A stretch of DNA of 63,901 nt, counting the filler, from Choristocarpus tenellus KU-1152 (lineage: Eukaryota; Protista; Phaeophyceae): the NCBI GenBank assembly GCA_964200185.2. It is 12 parts of 12 records of this genome, joined end to end, with 100 filler letters (N's around TTAATTAATTAA, not from the genome) between each part and the next. Parts side by side here need not be neighbours in the genome. Positions count along the whole stretch, not along the records: positions 49,305 to 51,874 come from CAXNAD020026692.1; positions 51,975 to 56,045 come from CAXNAD020016380.1; positions 56,146 to 61,290 come from CAXNAD020011725.1; positions 61,391 to 63,901 come from CAXNAD020027195.1; 8 more parts are not named here. One strand, written 5' to 3'. Below are positions 49,305-62,110 of the stretch, in pieces. The notes under the pieces are model-generated. The model was not told where the DNA came from and did not search any database. It saw nothing but the letters and a program-made list of their open reading frames with translations. A program made the translations under genes and the position numbers. Positions within the stretch are counted from its first letter, which is position 1. Each line of letters starts with the position of its first letter.

Positions 49305-51874
49305 CTGCCCACGCAATAGCCCTCATGCACACAGTGGATCTCCTGATACATGGGGTAACTGCCCCAATGCTGGAAGAGGGGGCACCAACGATAGGGGTCA
49401 TCAGAGCATCAAAAATCTTCCACATGATCTCTGGCCTCTTACTAGGAAATGATGGAAAGTTCTCGAGGGAGGAAAGGTTTGCCCGTGTGGCTTCAGGGAA
49501 CATCCAAGAGCTAGTTGCATGGCTACTAGAACGATCCCAGAGGACCAGCAGACGTAGGGAGGCCCCTGGAGAGGACCCCAAGTCCCGCCAGGAATGCGCT
49601 GTAGCTCTGGGTCACTACCATGGAGGAATTTCCAAGGGGGTGAGCATGCTACTAGTACAACCCAGAGCCCCAGGGTCGGAGGAGACTTTCAATATACTGG
49701 TCCCTAAACACCCGAGTGAGAACCAAGACGAGCTTAGGCAGGCTATCACGGACGCAAAAGACAGGGTACAAGGGAATGCAAGATCTGGGGAACAAAGATA
49801 CTGCCCCCCTGAAGGGGAGTACACTCCCACCTCCCTTTGAAAAGTCTTCATGAGGGCTAACAGCAACTCGGCACCAGGCCCTGACGGGATGCGCCCAAGC
49901 CACATCAGATCAGCCATCACGACATTTGTTGGTCAGGAAGAAGTGGCAGAGGCGTTTGCAAAGCTATCGGAGCTAGCCCACACCTCCCCGGACTCCCTAC
50001 CCCTAGAGTTCTGGACACTCCACACAGACTCCAGACTGTCCGCAATTGGGGATAAGTGTCACCCGGTTGCCTGTGGGTCTTTTTTCAGGAGGGAATGTCC
50101 TTCAGCTTTCTGCACAGACTGGCGCCCCTACCTAGAGGAATTTTTCAGAGGAGTAGGACAATTTGGCGTTGGGGTCCCAAATGGCATAGAACGTGCACTC
50201 CTGGATATCCGCCTAAGGAATAAGTGCGGAGAATGGGTCATCAGTTTGGACGGAAGGAATGCTTTCAACAGCGTATCGCTCAGCTTTCATCCAGGCCCTC
50301 CCAGAGACCTTACCAGGCTTCCTACCTTATGTCTCTAAGGTATATGGGAACACAAGGAATCTTCTTCCCCCCTAGATGAGGGAGGGACGAAGATTCTACC
50401 ATCGAGATCTGGGCCCAACAGGAAGACCCACTGGGCCCCCTCTTATATTGCATGGCAACACCCAAGGCCTTGCAACAGGTCCAATAAGTCTTTGGACCCC
50501 AAGGGATTTCCTCCCCGAGCTATCTGGATGACACGTCCATTTCTGCAAGGGGGATCAACCCTATCACCATAGCTGCTTTCGAGCAGTTAAAAACTAATCT
50601 CCATGAGGTAGGCATTGACCTAAACATGGACAAGACCTTTGCCGCACCTCCCCAGGGCCATCAACCCATGCCCTTGGAACTGGAGCTTCTATCTACAGCG
50701 GGAATCAACCTAGCCTCGAACCCCAGTGGTTTTATCACTCTAGGGGCTCCGGTGGGAACAGATGATTTTATTCAAGCTCACATGGCGGAGGTGATCGAGA
50801 GCTCTGGGACACGAGCTTTGACCACACACCTCAGCAAGATGGATGACAAGCAGGTGGCCTGGCTCCTCAACTCCTGGTTCCTCTCCTCCAGGCTAGGCTA
50901 TCTAGTGAGGGTCACTCCCCCCCTCGTGGCACGCTCCACCACGGAGCAAGCAGATAACATCTCCCTATGGACACTAGAGAGGATAATGGAGACAGCTGAC
51001 TCGACAGAGGCGACGGATTTCTTCGAGGGAGAGTGTAACAATGGGTCTCCCCGCCTAGAGACCCACCAACAAGTACAGGCACAGATGCCTATAAGTGCGG
51101 GGGGTCTAGGCCTATCCTCTATGAAACACCGCCAACATGCGGCTTTTGTAGCATCACTGGTGGCTACTCTCCCACCCTCCTAGCAAGGCTGCAAGGGTCC
51201 CATGGCGAGTCCTTCTCACAAGCTATGACGCCAGGATCACAAGGAGGGCTCAGCACGAGATCACACGCCTCCTCAACAGGATCCGTTTCGACTCCTTCAG
51301 GACAAAGCTAGCTGATCTTCCACATGAGGCACACCAAGGGAGGGAAAGCTCTTCATTAGCCCTAGTGCGCCACCAGAGCTAGTGTGGACAAGGAGCAAAC
51401 GCCTGGGCCTCGACGCAACCGCTGGAACCAGCATGCCAGATTCTCCCTCAGGAATTCCTACTCACAATCAGCAGATCCCTCGGGAGAGAGGAGGCCCTAT
51501 CAAACAGGTGCCCAGTGGCAGGGTGCAGGAGGCAAAATGTCGATACCAGACATGCCCGCACCTGCCCCAGGGCAGGGGGACAGGTACGACCGCACACTCC
51601 AATGAATGGTCAAACGTCTTAGCCAATTATGCAAGGGGATGGGCATCCCTTGCACCACGGAGGACGGTAGCCCTTTCACTGTGGACTGGAATCTCCGCAT
51701 GGATCTAGTAGTCCACGCAGGGTCACTAGCAGACGTTGGAACAGCTCCCTACAGGGACAAAGGTCTTCTGCTGGACATTACCTTCGCAGAGGTACAGCCC
51801 ACCTCCCACCTTGCACACTCATCCACCAGCAATGGTGTAGCTGCTGCTGCAGCTGAGGCGCGAAAGCGCACCCA
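49305..51874 (+). mobile_element. CRE-like non-LTR retrotransposon (RT + Zn knuckle + restriction-like endonuclease), degenerate, fills the contig
   Basis: SAPGPDG, KCHPVACG..FRR, QFGVG...GIE, LDGRNAFNSVS, QQEDPLGP, YLDD (50521), LGAPVG, GGLGL and RMDLV...LDIT...AEARK, broken by stops and frameshifts. No APE domain in the visible N-terminal part. Confidence 0.9.
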
Positions 51875-51987
51875 NNNNNNNNNNNNNNNNNNNNNNNNNN
51901 NNNNNNNNNNNNNNNNNNTTAATTAATTAANNNNNNNNNNNNNNNNNNNNNNNNNNNNNNNNNNNNNNNNNNNNATTCCTCAAAGTA

Positions 51988-52165
51988 GAGCCAAAGTATC
52001 TGGGGGGGGGTGGTGGATGTCCATTTGGGGCCAATTTTTTCATGTCGCGATTTTTGGGTGATTTGTTCCATGTGTCGGATGGAAAATGTAAGTGCACCCT
52101 TCCTGGTTTTGGCCCAGTTGGACACCCTGGTGTAGACCCCCTCCCCCCCCCAGATACTTTGGGTC
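51988..52165. mobile_element. MITE family B (178 bp)
   Basis: TIR GAGCCAAAGTATCTGGGGGGGG / CCCCCCCCAGATACTTTGGGTC with 4-bp TSD AGTA. Other copies or ends at 55877-56045, 61270-61290 and 5788-5810. Confidence 0.85.
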
Positions 52166-52252
52166 AGTACTTCAACAGCACAATATGCAGGACCTTCCCT
52201 ATATGCTCTTGGTATATCTGTATCCTCACTCAAACCTCCTTTGTCAATCCAG

Positions 52253-55200
52253 GCATCAGGATGTTGAGTTCAGCCTCAAGTGCCGTGACAAACACCCAGA
52301 CGACATGAATAAGATGGATCTATTGGATATCCTCTATGAAGATATTCTCCTTGAAAAGAAGGTTTGGTATAGTCAGGAGGGGTGGACTTGATAGCTCCGG
52401 GAAAATTACTACCATGCACTATGCCAATCCAGTGCATATCACTTTAGAGTCGCCACTGTTCAGGCCAACAGTGTGAGAAGGCGAAGCCCATTCACATCCG
52501 CTGCAACAGCTGCTGCAATCGCCTTTTCTTTACCCATAGTACGCCCTCTCCAACAACCTGACTTTGGCAAGGTACTGGGAGAGCGACTTCACCGCAAGAT
52601 CAGGCAGCTTGAACTGGAGATATTGAATGTGAGATGGGTTTGCAATGCACAAGTACAACATATTCCCATTCCGGGGCATTGTTGGACCCAAAGCATTTCA
52701 GATCCAAAGCATTTCAGAGGATAGGAGTTTACCCCTGTTTGTCCACTCGGGGCTTGATTTCCCACGGTTTTTTATGCCCCTTTTCCGGATCTCTGTGAAT
52801 ACAGTTACCTAGGTAAGATGTACATGACTATGAAAGGTGTGACCGGAGCAAGGATATTGGCGCTAACTAACAAAGCCAATAGCCAAGATTACATCAAAAT
52901 CGCAATATTGGAATTATGACCCCGAACGGACATGGCCCTACCCTCTTAAATGCTTTGGATCTTGAGGTTCACAGAAGGTTTGTGAAGGAGGATCATAGGT
53001 CCATTTGTAATGGCCTATAGTATATTAGAGGGGGTTCAAGCATCCATTCGGGGTTTCCTCTAGGATAACATGAAGCAAATTTACGGAAAGTTTGTTGTCT
53101 CCTCACCACTTGTATCACGTGCGAGCATACCTCTTTACCCTGCCATATCCTGGACTCAATGACTGCTGTGTAAGTGAGGGACATTTTCTGAAACAACTTC
53201 TTCAACGTGCATACTATAGTTAGCTTAATTAGAGGTGAAGCTCAGCATCTTGGTCAGAGATCAGTTTCATGTAAGGATGAATTAAGGGCATTTTTGACAG
53301 GCGAATTAATTCACACACAAAAGGTGGTCTTTGGCCTGCGTGTGGATCTGTCAACTGTTTCAGGTGCAACACTTGAGCTCATCTCCCCTGTGCTCCTCTA
53401 TCACACCTACCCCTTTGCCATATTACCAGATGACTCGTAAGGGCAAGAACACCATGGCCAAGAATCTACGTTATGAAATCATGGAGATGTGGGAGCCATT
53501 ACTGGAGATCCAGGCAGAAGATCAAGCTGAAAAGAGGGCTCTTGAGATGGAGGCAAAAGAGTTGGAAAACTCAAGGTAATGTATTTCCTCCTCAGATTGT
53601 TGTTGCACTTGTAGGTTGTGATCTCCTATTATGTACTGTAAGTAGTTAGACCTTGATGGAGATGCCCCACAAGGTCTATCGTGACGTACATTCTACACTT
53701 TCTCCCCTCTACATTTTTTGTGCAATTTAAGGGTACATTTTCATAAGCGCTGACTCAATGGATAATTACTCCATAAGATTGGAAAAAACGAAAACAAGAA
53801 TCGGAAAAATAAAAGAGTAAGGAGATAAATGTAAAGATAAAGTCTCCAGAGTGGAAGGATCCATGTGTTTACTCTCCGAGGATTAACACACTGAGAAATT
53901 AATTGAAAGCGTTTTCACATCTTTGAAGCAAAGCGCTTGACTAATCCCCCACGTCCAGAAATTAGTATCAATTTAGGACCAAGGACTCCTGTGTCATCAT
54001 TGAATGCAAACCACCTGATACTGTGGGCACCCCTTAGTTTGGTTCACTTCCATTCCATTGAATAGATGAACTGATTGACCGAAGCAGAAGGGTGACCAAC
54101 TTGTTACAGGGAGAGGTCCCACAATACATGGATTGAGACTGGGCACAAATTAAGCAGGAGATCTCAGCACCTTGTCTTCTGACGTGCAAAGCACCCCACC
54201 AGCTTATGTGCCTGATAGGTTTTGAAGGGTTGTAGTGCTTCTCTTGAGAACAGTCGGCCCAGGATCGTTATGCACAAGGTAGCCTTACCAGGTCAAGAAA
54301 AGATATCAATAAATGAGTGAAACTTTCCATATGCAAAGACCAAAAGAATGCCTCTTCTTTGTCTATCATCAGATCTGGTCTAATCCAAACGAATTCCATT
54401 TTTCCGCTGCCATTACAAACAATACTGGTGCAGATTGGAGTCAGAATATGCTAAGTGGCGTGGGCACATCGCTGCATCCCGGGATGAGGCAAAGCCTATC
54501 TTCACCCCCAGGGGAAACAGCATAGACATATCAATATCAGGAGTTACAACAAGGGCTGGAGATATGGGAACACCTCGAGTGTGTACTTAGATGTTAGGCA
54601 GACATGGAAAAAAAATGGATTTTTGGCATAATTGCAGAGACACCCCTTTGTCTTTCACTGTTCAGCATGGCAACAAGAAGGGATATGTGACTCTGTTATG
54701 TGCTGAACCTCTCTATGACACGGCTATTTCCTTCGGGTGTTGTTGTTGATCCTTTCATACAGGCTGCCAATGCTGCTGTACTCTTAGCAGGAGGATCAAA
54801 CCATGTCCTCATGATTCACCGCTCTGGACACTTGTACACTTGGGGTATGGGTGTGAGCGGCCGGCTGGGCCTTGATCTATATCAGGCGGGAAACCCACAG
54901 GCGAGCAAAATGAGTAATTGACTCAGGAGAGGTACATTGGGGCGGGAAATCCAAGAAGAGGATAGGGATACTAATTAAATTACTTACCCTTGAAATAGAT
55001 ATAGATATCTCAACCCGTTATAAGGTCATTTTCCTATAGACACTTTCCAGCCATCCTATTTCAATGCTACGATATACACAATATGACAATTCTCAAATAA
55101 TGCTGCCTTCCACCTTACACCTAATCCTTTGGTGATTCTAAGGCCTCCAAAAGTAATGTGTCCTTTGATGTACGAATATGTTCAAAGTATCATAGAGACC

Positions 55201-55611
55201 TCAGTGCTTCAAACGTTTGGTGCACCCTGAGGTTCTTCAATGCATTTAGATCTTGGTTTTTTCTTGGAAAACAGCTTTATGGCTTGTGACCCAATTCTTT
55301 GTGGAACCTATGGTACTCCACTTGATGGGGAGGTATGTTTTTTTCATGCATACATGTCTTTGATTTGTGCAGCCTCACAATTATACTTCCAAGTATGACA
55401 CCTCAAAGAATGGTGAGAATGCTTGGTACCCCTCTCCATATAATTTAGCCTCTGTTTTACAAAATCTCAACAGGAGGATGCAGCAAAAGCAACAGTCATC
55501 CAGGCGTTTAACGGACGACCTGTGACAACTGCCAGTGCGGGATACAGTCACAGTGCAGCAGTGACTGCCTCAGGGCACCTATACACATGGGGTAGTGCCG
55601 CCACTGGGAAG
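52253..55611 (+). CDS. RCC1-repeat-containing protein (6 internal exons, partial)
   Basis: Exons 52253-52361, 52572-52628, 53430-53575, 54434-54578, 54763-54900 and 55474-55611 are phase-compatible. RCC1 repeats LAGGSNHVLMIHRSGHLYTWGMGVSGRLG and ASAGYSHSAAVTASGHLYTWG follow a charged helical region. Confidence 0.85.
52701..52961. mobile_element. MITE family A, diverged inverted copy (intronic)
   Basis: GATCCAAAGCATTT...AAATGCTTTGGATC ends. The interior (CCTGTTTGTCCA...TTCCCAC...CATCAAAATCGCAA) is the reverse complement of family A. Confidence 0.7.
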
Positions 55612-55876
55612 GTGAGATAGGAGAGTACTTCTGCTAAGGGGGCACACTCTATCAAACTGGATAAGTTTCTTCTGAGAACACATATTGTTGGTTGTGATGG
55701 TTGCATTTTTGCCTAAACAATGATGGCCAGGCTGATGAGAAATATTTTTGGAGCAGCTGTTGGTTTGACTCTGCCCACGTCTAGGAGAGACATAGTCTAG
55801 GGTGAGAACGCTCTGGAGTGTACTCAAGCGTAGGAAATGTTCTTCATGTAACTGTCCCCTTTTGTGTAAGCAATGC

Positions 55877-56045
55877 GGGTCAAAGTATCTGGGGGGGGTG
55901 GCAGCTGTTAATTTGGAGCCAATTTTTTCATGTCACAATTTTTGGGTAATTTGATTCCATACATTTGATGGATAATGAAAGTGCACTTTTCCTGGTTTTG
56001 GTTCAAATGGACACTCTGGTGTAGACCCCCCCCCCACCCCCCCAC
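55877..56045. mobile_element. MITE family B copy, cut by contig end
   Basis: Colinear with 51988-52150. Confidence 0.8.
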
Positions 56046-56614
56046 NNNNNNNNNNNNNNNNNNNNNNNNNNNNNNNNNNNNNNNNNNNNTTAATTAATTA
56101 ANNNNNNNNNNNNNNNNNNNNNNNNNNNNNNNNNNNNNNNNNNNNAAGAGGGGATTCTGCTTGTGGGTTTTCCAGTGTTTTTTTCAAAACAAATCAGGAA
56201 CTTGCTTGTTGTGATGTGGGGGGGGGGGGGAGCGAGAAAGACTCTGTTGTGTGTGTGTGTGTTTGTGTGTGTGTTTCAGAATATGTAACAAGGCATCAAA
56301 ACAACTTTTTTTTTGAGTGATCGCGATCCTTCGTGCAGTGTGCCTGTGAGACATCCTATATTCCTGACATAATTTTTTTATGATTCAGTTGGGAAATACC
56401 CTCAGCATTACGTATTCCCTCCCTTACTCAGCTGGACGGTGCAGGAGGGAAAGATGCGGTCATGATCAGCTCTACCACTGACCCTACGGCTTGGTTGGGG
56501 TCTCTGCTTATATATTTGTTGGTTCCCTTGATGCAGCTTGTACCTTTTTTTTTTGACACATGTACCTTTTTCTGACACATTAACCTTTTTGATGCTTGTA
56601 TCTTTTTTTGACAG

Positions 56615-57678
56615 GTATGTTGCGTCGTACAGTCAGGACCAGTTGCAGGGGTCGACCTCCACATCAGGTCTAGACACCAGTTGTAGTCCACTGATGTACA
56701 ATGGTACACTGGTGCTCAATCCCTGTGGGCTCATTGCCAACACCTTGTTCAATGACATCATAACCACCTCAGATTATGAAATGGATGAGACTGGCATTGC
56801 TTGGAGATCGGATGTGGCGGACAAGGTGTGCCATTAATGGGTTTCCTGTGTGTGTGCAGAGGCGTTTTTCTGCTGTTTTTGAGTTTTTTTTGTTGAGAGA
56901 TGTGAAAGAAGTAATTTTATTGTTTTTTGCGGAATTAAACTGTTTTTACTGTAACTACTGTTTTTACTGTAGAGTGTGGCTAGGTGGTGCGTGCTTATAC
57001 CTAACTCTGGCCTGACTACTGTGCTATTAATAGAGTGTGATATTGTATTATACTATATATATAGAGAGAGTATTGTCTAGTGTTTTACAACAGAGTATGA
57101 TCTAATGATAAGATTATCAATTAGAGTATAACATAGCATTGTACTACTAGTAGAGTAATTATATCGCTTTCACTAAATTAACATGATGAGATATTCATCT
57201 TGTTTAATGATCGAATCTGATGATGTAAGTTGATGTAAGTTGATGTAAGTTGATGTAAGTTGATGTAAATTGATGTAAGTTGATGTAAATTGATGTAAAT
57301 TGGTGTAAATTGATGAGAGCAAGGGGTGGGGTGGGTTGGAGTGGAAAGCTTGAAAGGACCATTTGTGCGTGCTGTTGTTAACCCTCCTACTGGTGAATGA
57401 GTCAATGCGCAGCCTCCAAAGAATTGTATGGCGGATTGAGTTGGTGAAATAGATTTAAATAATATTTAAAATTAAAAACCATTATTATTCATATACATTA
57501 TTATTCTTATGCACCCTCTTCACAAGCGGGCTTTCTTACCAGTCATTATTCCAACTGTTCTTGGTAGGTTTAGGGTTAGGGTTAATTGTTACAAAATTTA
57601 ACCACCAATTGATGATCCTTTTTCGCCCTTGGGGACGGACGGACGGATGGACGGACGGATGGATGGGCGGGTGGACCA

Positions 57679-57709
<31 letters not shown>

Positions 57710-57854
57710 GGTGGGTGTAATACTGGTGTTTGGTCTTTCTGTTGGTGTGTATGGTGGTGTATGGATTGGGACAGTTTATTCAGCCTGATGGGTTTGTGTC
57801 GACAGAGTGTAACCTGAGTGAACGCACTTGTGAGGAGTGCCTCCAATTGCTTAG
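56615..57854 (+). CDS. CDC50: CDC50/LEM3/ALIS family flippase beta subunit (2 internal exons)
   Basis: 56615-56825 gives [13 protein letters not shown]...CSPL...[14 protein letters not shown]...[10 protein letters not shown]. 57775-57854 gives FIQPDGF... Confidence 0.9.
57221..57312. repeat. 10-bp tandem repeat TGATGTAA(G/A)T, ~9 copies
   Basis: Seen directly. Confidence 0.9.
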
Positions 57855-59114
57855 GTGAGAGGGTCGAGGTAGGGGAGGGGGGAGGGGGAGGGGGGAGGAG
57901 GGAGGGGGGGGATTTTTTTTTCCAATCATTTATTTTGAGGGATTGTTTCAAGTTGGAAGGTGAATTGCATTCAATACATTTTGTTCTTTCTTATTTTTGT
58001 TGTCTTGTGTTAAGATTTCAACCCTTGTTTTTTAATTTTGACCTGTTTAGGCCTGTGTTGAGGACAATTTTTGTTGAAGTTGAGGCTGAAATTAATTCCC
58101 ATGGAAGGAGGAGAACATACTCTCGTGACATGAAACAAAGGTAATGTTTAGTGCTCTTTTTTGATGTATTCATAGATGTGGGGTGTTACTTTGATGCCTG
58201 TAACACTAGGCCAAGATCAATGTTCATGAGAGTGTCTCTATTATTAGTGCCAAGCTGCCTGTCAGCCAACAAAACTTTTGTTAATATTTCACTTTCTTAC
58301 TGTTAAGAGTGACAGATTAATGCATAATTGAATCCTGTAACAGATACCATTCCATGTTGTAAGGATGTACAAGTTTATTTTTTTATTTAATGATGGTGGG
58401 ACTTGAAACTTGAGGAAATGAAACCTTATGAAGGAGGCTAGCAGTAGCACAAAAAGCTTTTCTTTTTCTAGAGATGGAGAAATTTTCTGTTGTTTGGCAT
58501 TTAGAGTTTGAGGGAGAAGGTATCCAATTTGACTTTTCATCGATGGCAGTTTTGAGTGGTATGGTAGGCTGTGTTCAAAGGAAGGCCACTCTTTTTAATA
58601 ATTTCATCTTGTTAACTTAGACCTTACAGTACAGAGTAAACCTTCATTGTGGCCTGCAATTGACACTATCACAAAGTCATATTATTTTTTTCAAGGAGAT
58701 TTCGAGATTGTGGGTCGTTTGATATTATTTTTTTCAAGTTCTTTCCCCCCCCCTCCAAAAAAAAAGAAGAAAGCATTCAACAACAAAAAGTCTGTCGTTC
58801 GTAGAGAGAGCGTCCTGTGTGCTTGATTTGATACGTATTTATTTTGTTTTTGTTATATGAGGTGTTGGGACTGTTCTTGGTCTTTCTTGAAGAGATCAGA
58901 TTTTTATTTATTGTATTTAATATTTTTATTGCTTTTTTTTCTGGTGCATGGTTTGAGAACATGAGACTGTTGCATTGGTACTACTAACATGTCGTAAACA
59001 TTACTATGGTTCAGTTAGTCTCAAGAAAGAAGTTTAGACTATATATAAAAAATATAGTATTTTACGATCTCAATCATGCACCAAATTGGAAGGATTGAGA
59101 ATAGGGGTACAGTT

Positions 59115-59173
59115 GATATCAGTGATATCAGTGATATTAGTGATATTAGTGATATTAGTGATATTAGTGATAT
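59115..59173. repeat. 9-bp tandem repeat GATAT(T/C)AGT
   Basis: Seen directly, 6-7 copies. Confidence 0.9.
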
Positions 59174-59527
59174 CAGACCTTTTCTTGGGTTGCCTCGATT
59201 TGAATTTCCCCAACTCACGGATGTGACCATAGCACTTGAATTCCATCAAGTGAACTGAAGTAACCATAGTATTTGACTTTCATCAAGTGAACTGAAGTGT
59301 CCAAAAAGTATTCGTGTTCTGCTCATTTGGGGAAGTTGAAACATAATGGACCAATGAGGAGGCTTAATTAATGGTAATCCATTTTAAAACCCATGGTAAA
59401 AACATGTATAAAGTTTATCAGTTATCAGTGTGATCAGTGTGAGTAGAATGGTTTAACTAATTATTAGTTGTACTGAAATATACCGATAACGGTATGGATA
59501 TTTATTTAATGATACACTGTCAGTGGT

Positions 59528-59742
59528 ATTATGTATGTATAGTAAAGGTACATCTTATATCATCATATACATTGTGTGTGTATAGTAAAGGTACATCTTA
59601 TATCGTCATATACATTATGTATGTATAGTAAAGGTACATCTTATATCGCCATATACATTATGTATGTATAGTAAAGGTACATCTTATATCGCCATATACA
59701 TTATGTATGTATAGTAAAGGTACATCTTATATCGTCATATAC
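59528..59742. repeat. 43-bp tandem repeat, 5 copies
   Basis: Unit ATTATGTATGTATAGTAAAGGTACATCTTATATCGTCATATAC. Confidence 0.92.
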
Positions 59743-62079
59743 ACTTCAGTCTCGTGACCAATATGCTTCAGTCTTGTGAGCTATACACTTCTTGCCAGAA
59801 CTTCTCTGGTTCTTTCTATCCTGTCCTAAGCAGTATGAACTGCTACAAGTATTCTATTTCATGTCCTTCATTGCAGCACCATCCTCATTGTACCATGCAT
59901 AACACATACCGTAGAAACAGACACGTCTGACCTCCTTAGAATCAATATTGTCCTCCCTTTGTAGAGGTTGTGGGTGACACCCTTTGTAGAGGTTGTGGGT
60001 GACACACCAACGCGCACAACTGGTTTCTCTTGGAAGCAATATTCCTGCTCATGCAACTGCATACGAAATACTTGGGGAGTAGCGATTTGACTGAGATATT
60101 TGTGACTCTTGACAGGGTTTGAGACATGACACTTCCACGCCTTGGTCAATGGAGGCTGCATGTGCCCTCTCCAGTCACTTTTGAAAATTTGCTTTCTTTT
60201 TAGTAGTTTTTTTTTAACAGAGGTCAACCTGTCTGTTCCCATGCGCCTTTCACTCAAATGCAGACTCACTCTCCTAGAGAATGACAGGAGAGTCATCTAC
60301 CCTCCTATTCTGAATTCGATAAAGTCTCACAGCGTTCCATTGATGTTATTGGATGGCGGAATGAAAAAAAAAAGTGCTTCTTTGGGATCTGGGAAGTTTT
60401 GATTTTTTTTTTTGGGGGCCGAAGTAAGTAAACTTCACATGCACTCACTCAGTTTTGACCAGTCTGAATTTTGAACCTCTTTATTTTTTTTGTGTTTTAT
60501 TCTACACACCGTGTATCTATGGTCGAGGGGCTGAGATTGAAATAAAAATAAAGACTTGAGAGTGTTGATTTCTCGACTGTTTGAATTTTTTTTGTAACAA
60601 ATAAAAAAGAAAGTTTCCTTTACGTACGCGCTTGTAAAAAAAATAGATAAAAAAGTAGCTGAATTTGTCACATTTGTAGCATTTGTGACATCTGTGTGAC
60701 ATTTGTGACATTTATCCAGCATCCTTTAAAAAGAAAAAAATCAAACCCTGGGTACCTCTCGGTTATAGTTCGTCTGTGGAACGCCTCCCCAAGTGTCTTC
60801 GCAGTGGAAATTGATTCGGAAGCTTTAAAAAAAAATAATGTGGCAACTGCTTTCAGGTTTCCCGATGTACAGGCGATGTTATAATTTTTTGAAAGCGGCT
60901 CTTGAAGCCGTTCCCCAGAGAGGAGAAATTGAAATCTAACTTGAGAACACCATCGCCATGGGAGCTATGGTGTTATCGAGGTGCAAGGGTCATTCTCATC
61001 ACTTTGTTTTTGTATGTATGAGATATATATATATATTTTTTATCCATTATTTTTGTGTGTGTGTGTGTGTGTGTAGGTGGTCGAATTTGCTGGGTTTTTT
61101 TTTTGTTGTCAGTCATTTTTTATTTTATTTTTCTGAGTGTATTACCATGGTAGGGTTAGGGTTGAGAGCTAAGACGAGGTTTGGCCATTGCGATTTTTGT
61201 CTTTCTTAGTTTTTGTTATTTTGAAAAAAGTTGTTAGTTGTGCTAGTTGTAAGAGGAATACACCCCTGAGGGTCAAAGTATCTGGGGGGGNNNNNNNNNN
61301 NNNNNNNNNNNNNNNNNNNNNNNNNNNNNNNNNNTTAATTAATTAANNNNNNNNNNNNNNNNNNNNNNNNNNNNNNNNNNNNNNNNNNNNAGAGACGAGG
61401 AGGGGCACGTGGCGGGGCCGGGGGAGGTGGGCGGGGGTGTGAGGGGGGGGGGGGGGGGAGGGCAGCATAGGATGTAAGCAAGAAAGCGTGGACGTCTCCA
61501 ATCAAAAGGAAAATACACCTTCCTTCAGTGGTGGATATAATCATTGAACATTGACGATTAGGAGTAGAACAGTCACCACCAGCAAAAGGGGAAACAAACA
61601 AGCCATCCCATACATTGAAAACTCTGCCTTTAACCGAGGTTGCATCCCGTTTAGAACTTTGTGTATATATATTTCCACACCCAGAACACCACCACATGGT
61701 GTAGGGCGACAGCAAAAAATATGTACATTCCACTGGCTCTAAAAAAGAGCCAGTGAATTGACATTGCAAATTATTTAACACACGAAGGATGTATGGAGGC
61801 ACTGCAATAACGAAGCAAGAACTGTATGCAACCCCCCCCCAAAAAAAAAAAAACTAGAAATAAAAAAAGTATAATTCAATGGTTTATACTCAAAACAAAA
61901 GGCGTTCTTGGTTATAACTTCAACATTACCACTGGTTCTAATGTGTCATCGAGGGCGCTTAAGCGAACCTGCAAGAGCATGTTTTTTTTCTTCTGTTATT
62001 GATGTGCGAGTTGACCTCTGATTTACCCGAAAAAGACCCTAACCCTTGTTCTCCACCATATCTACAAAATCATCAACTA

Positions 62080-62110
<31 letters not shown>

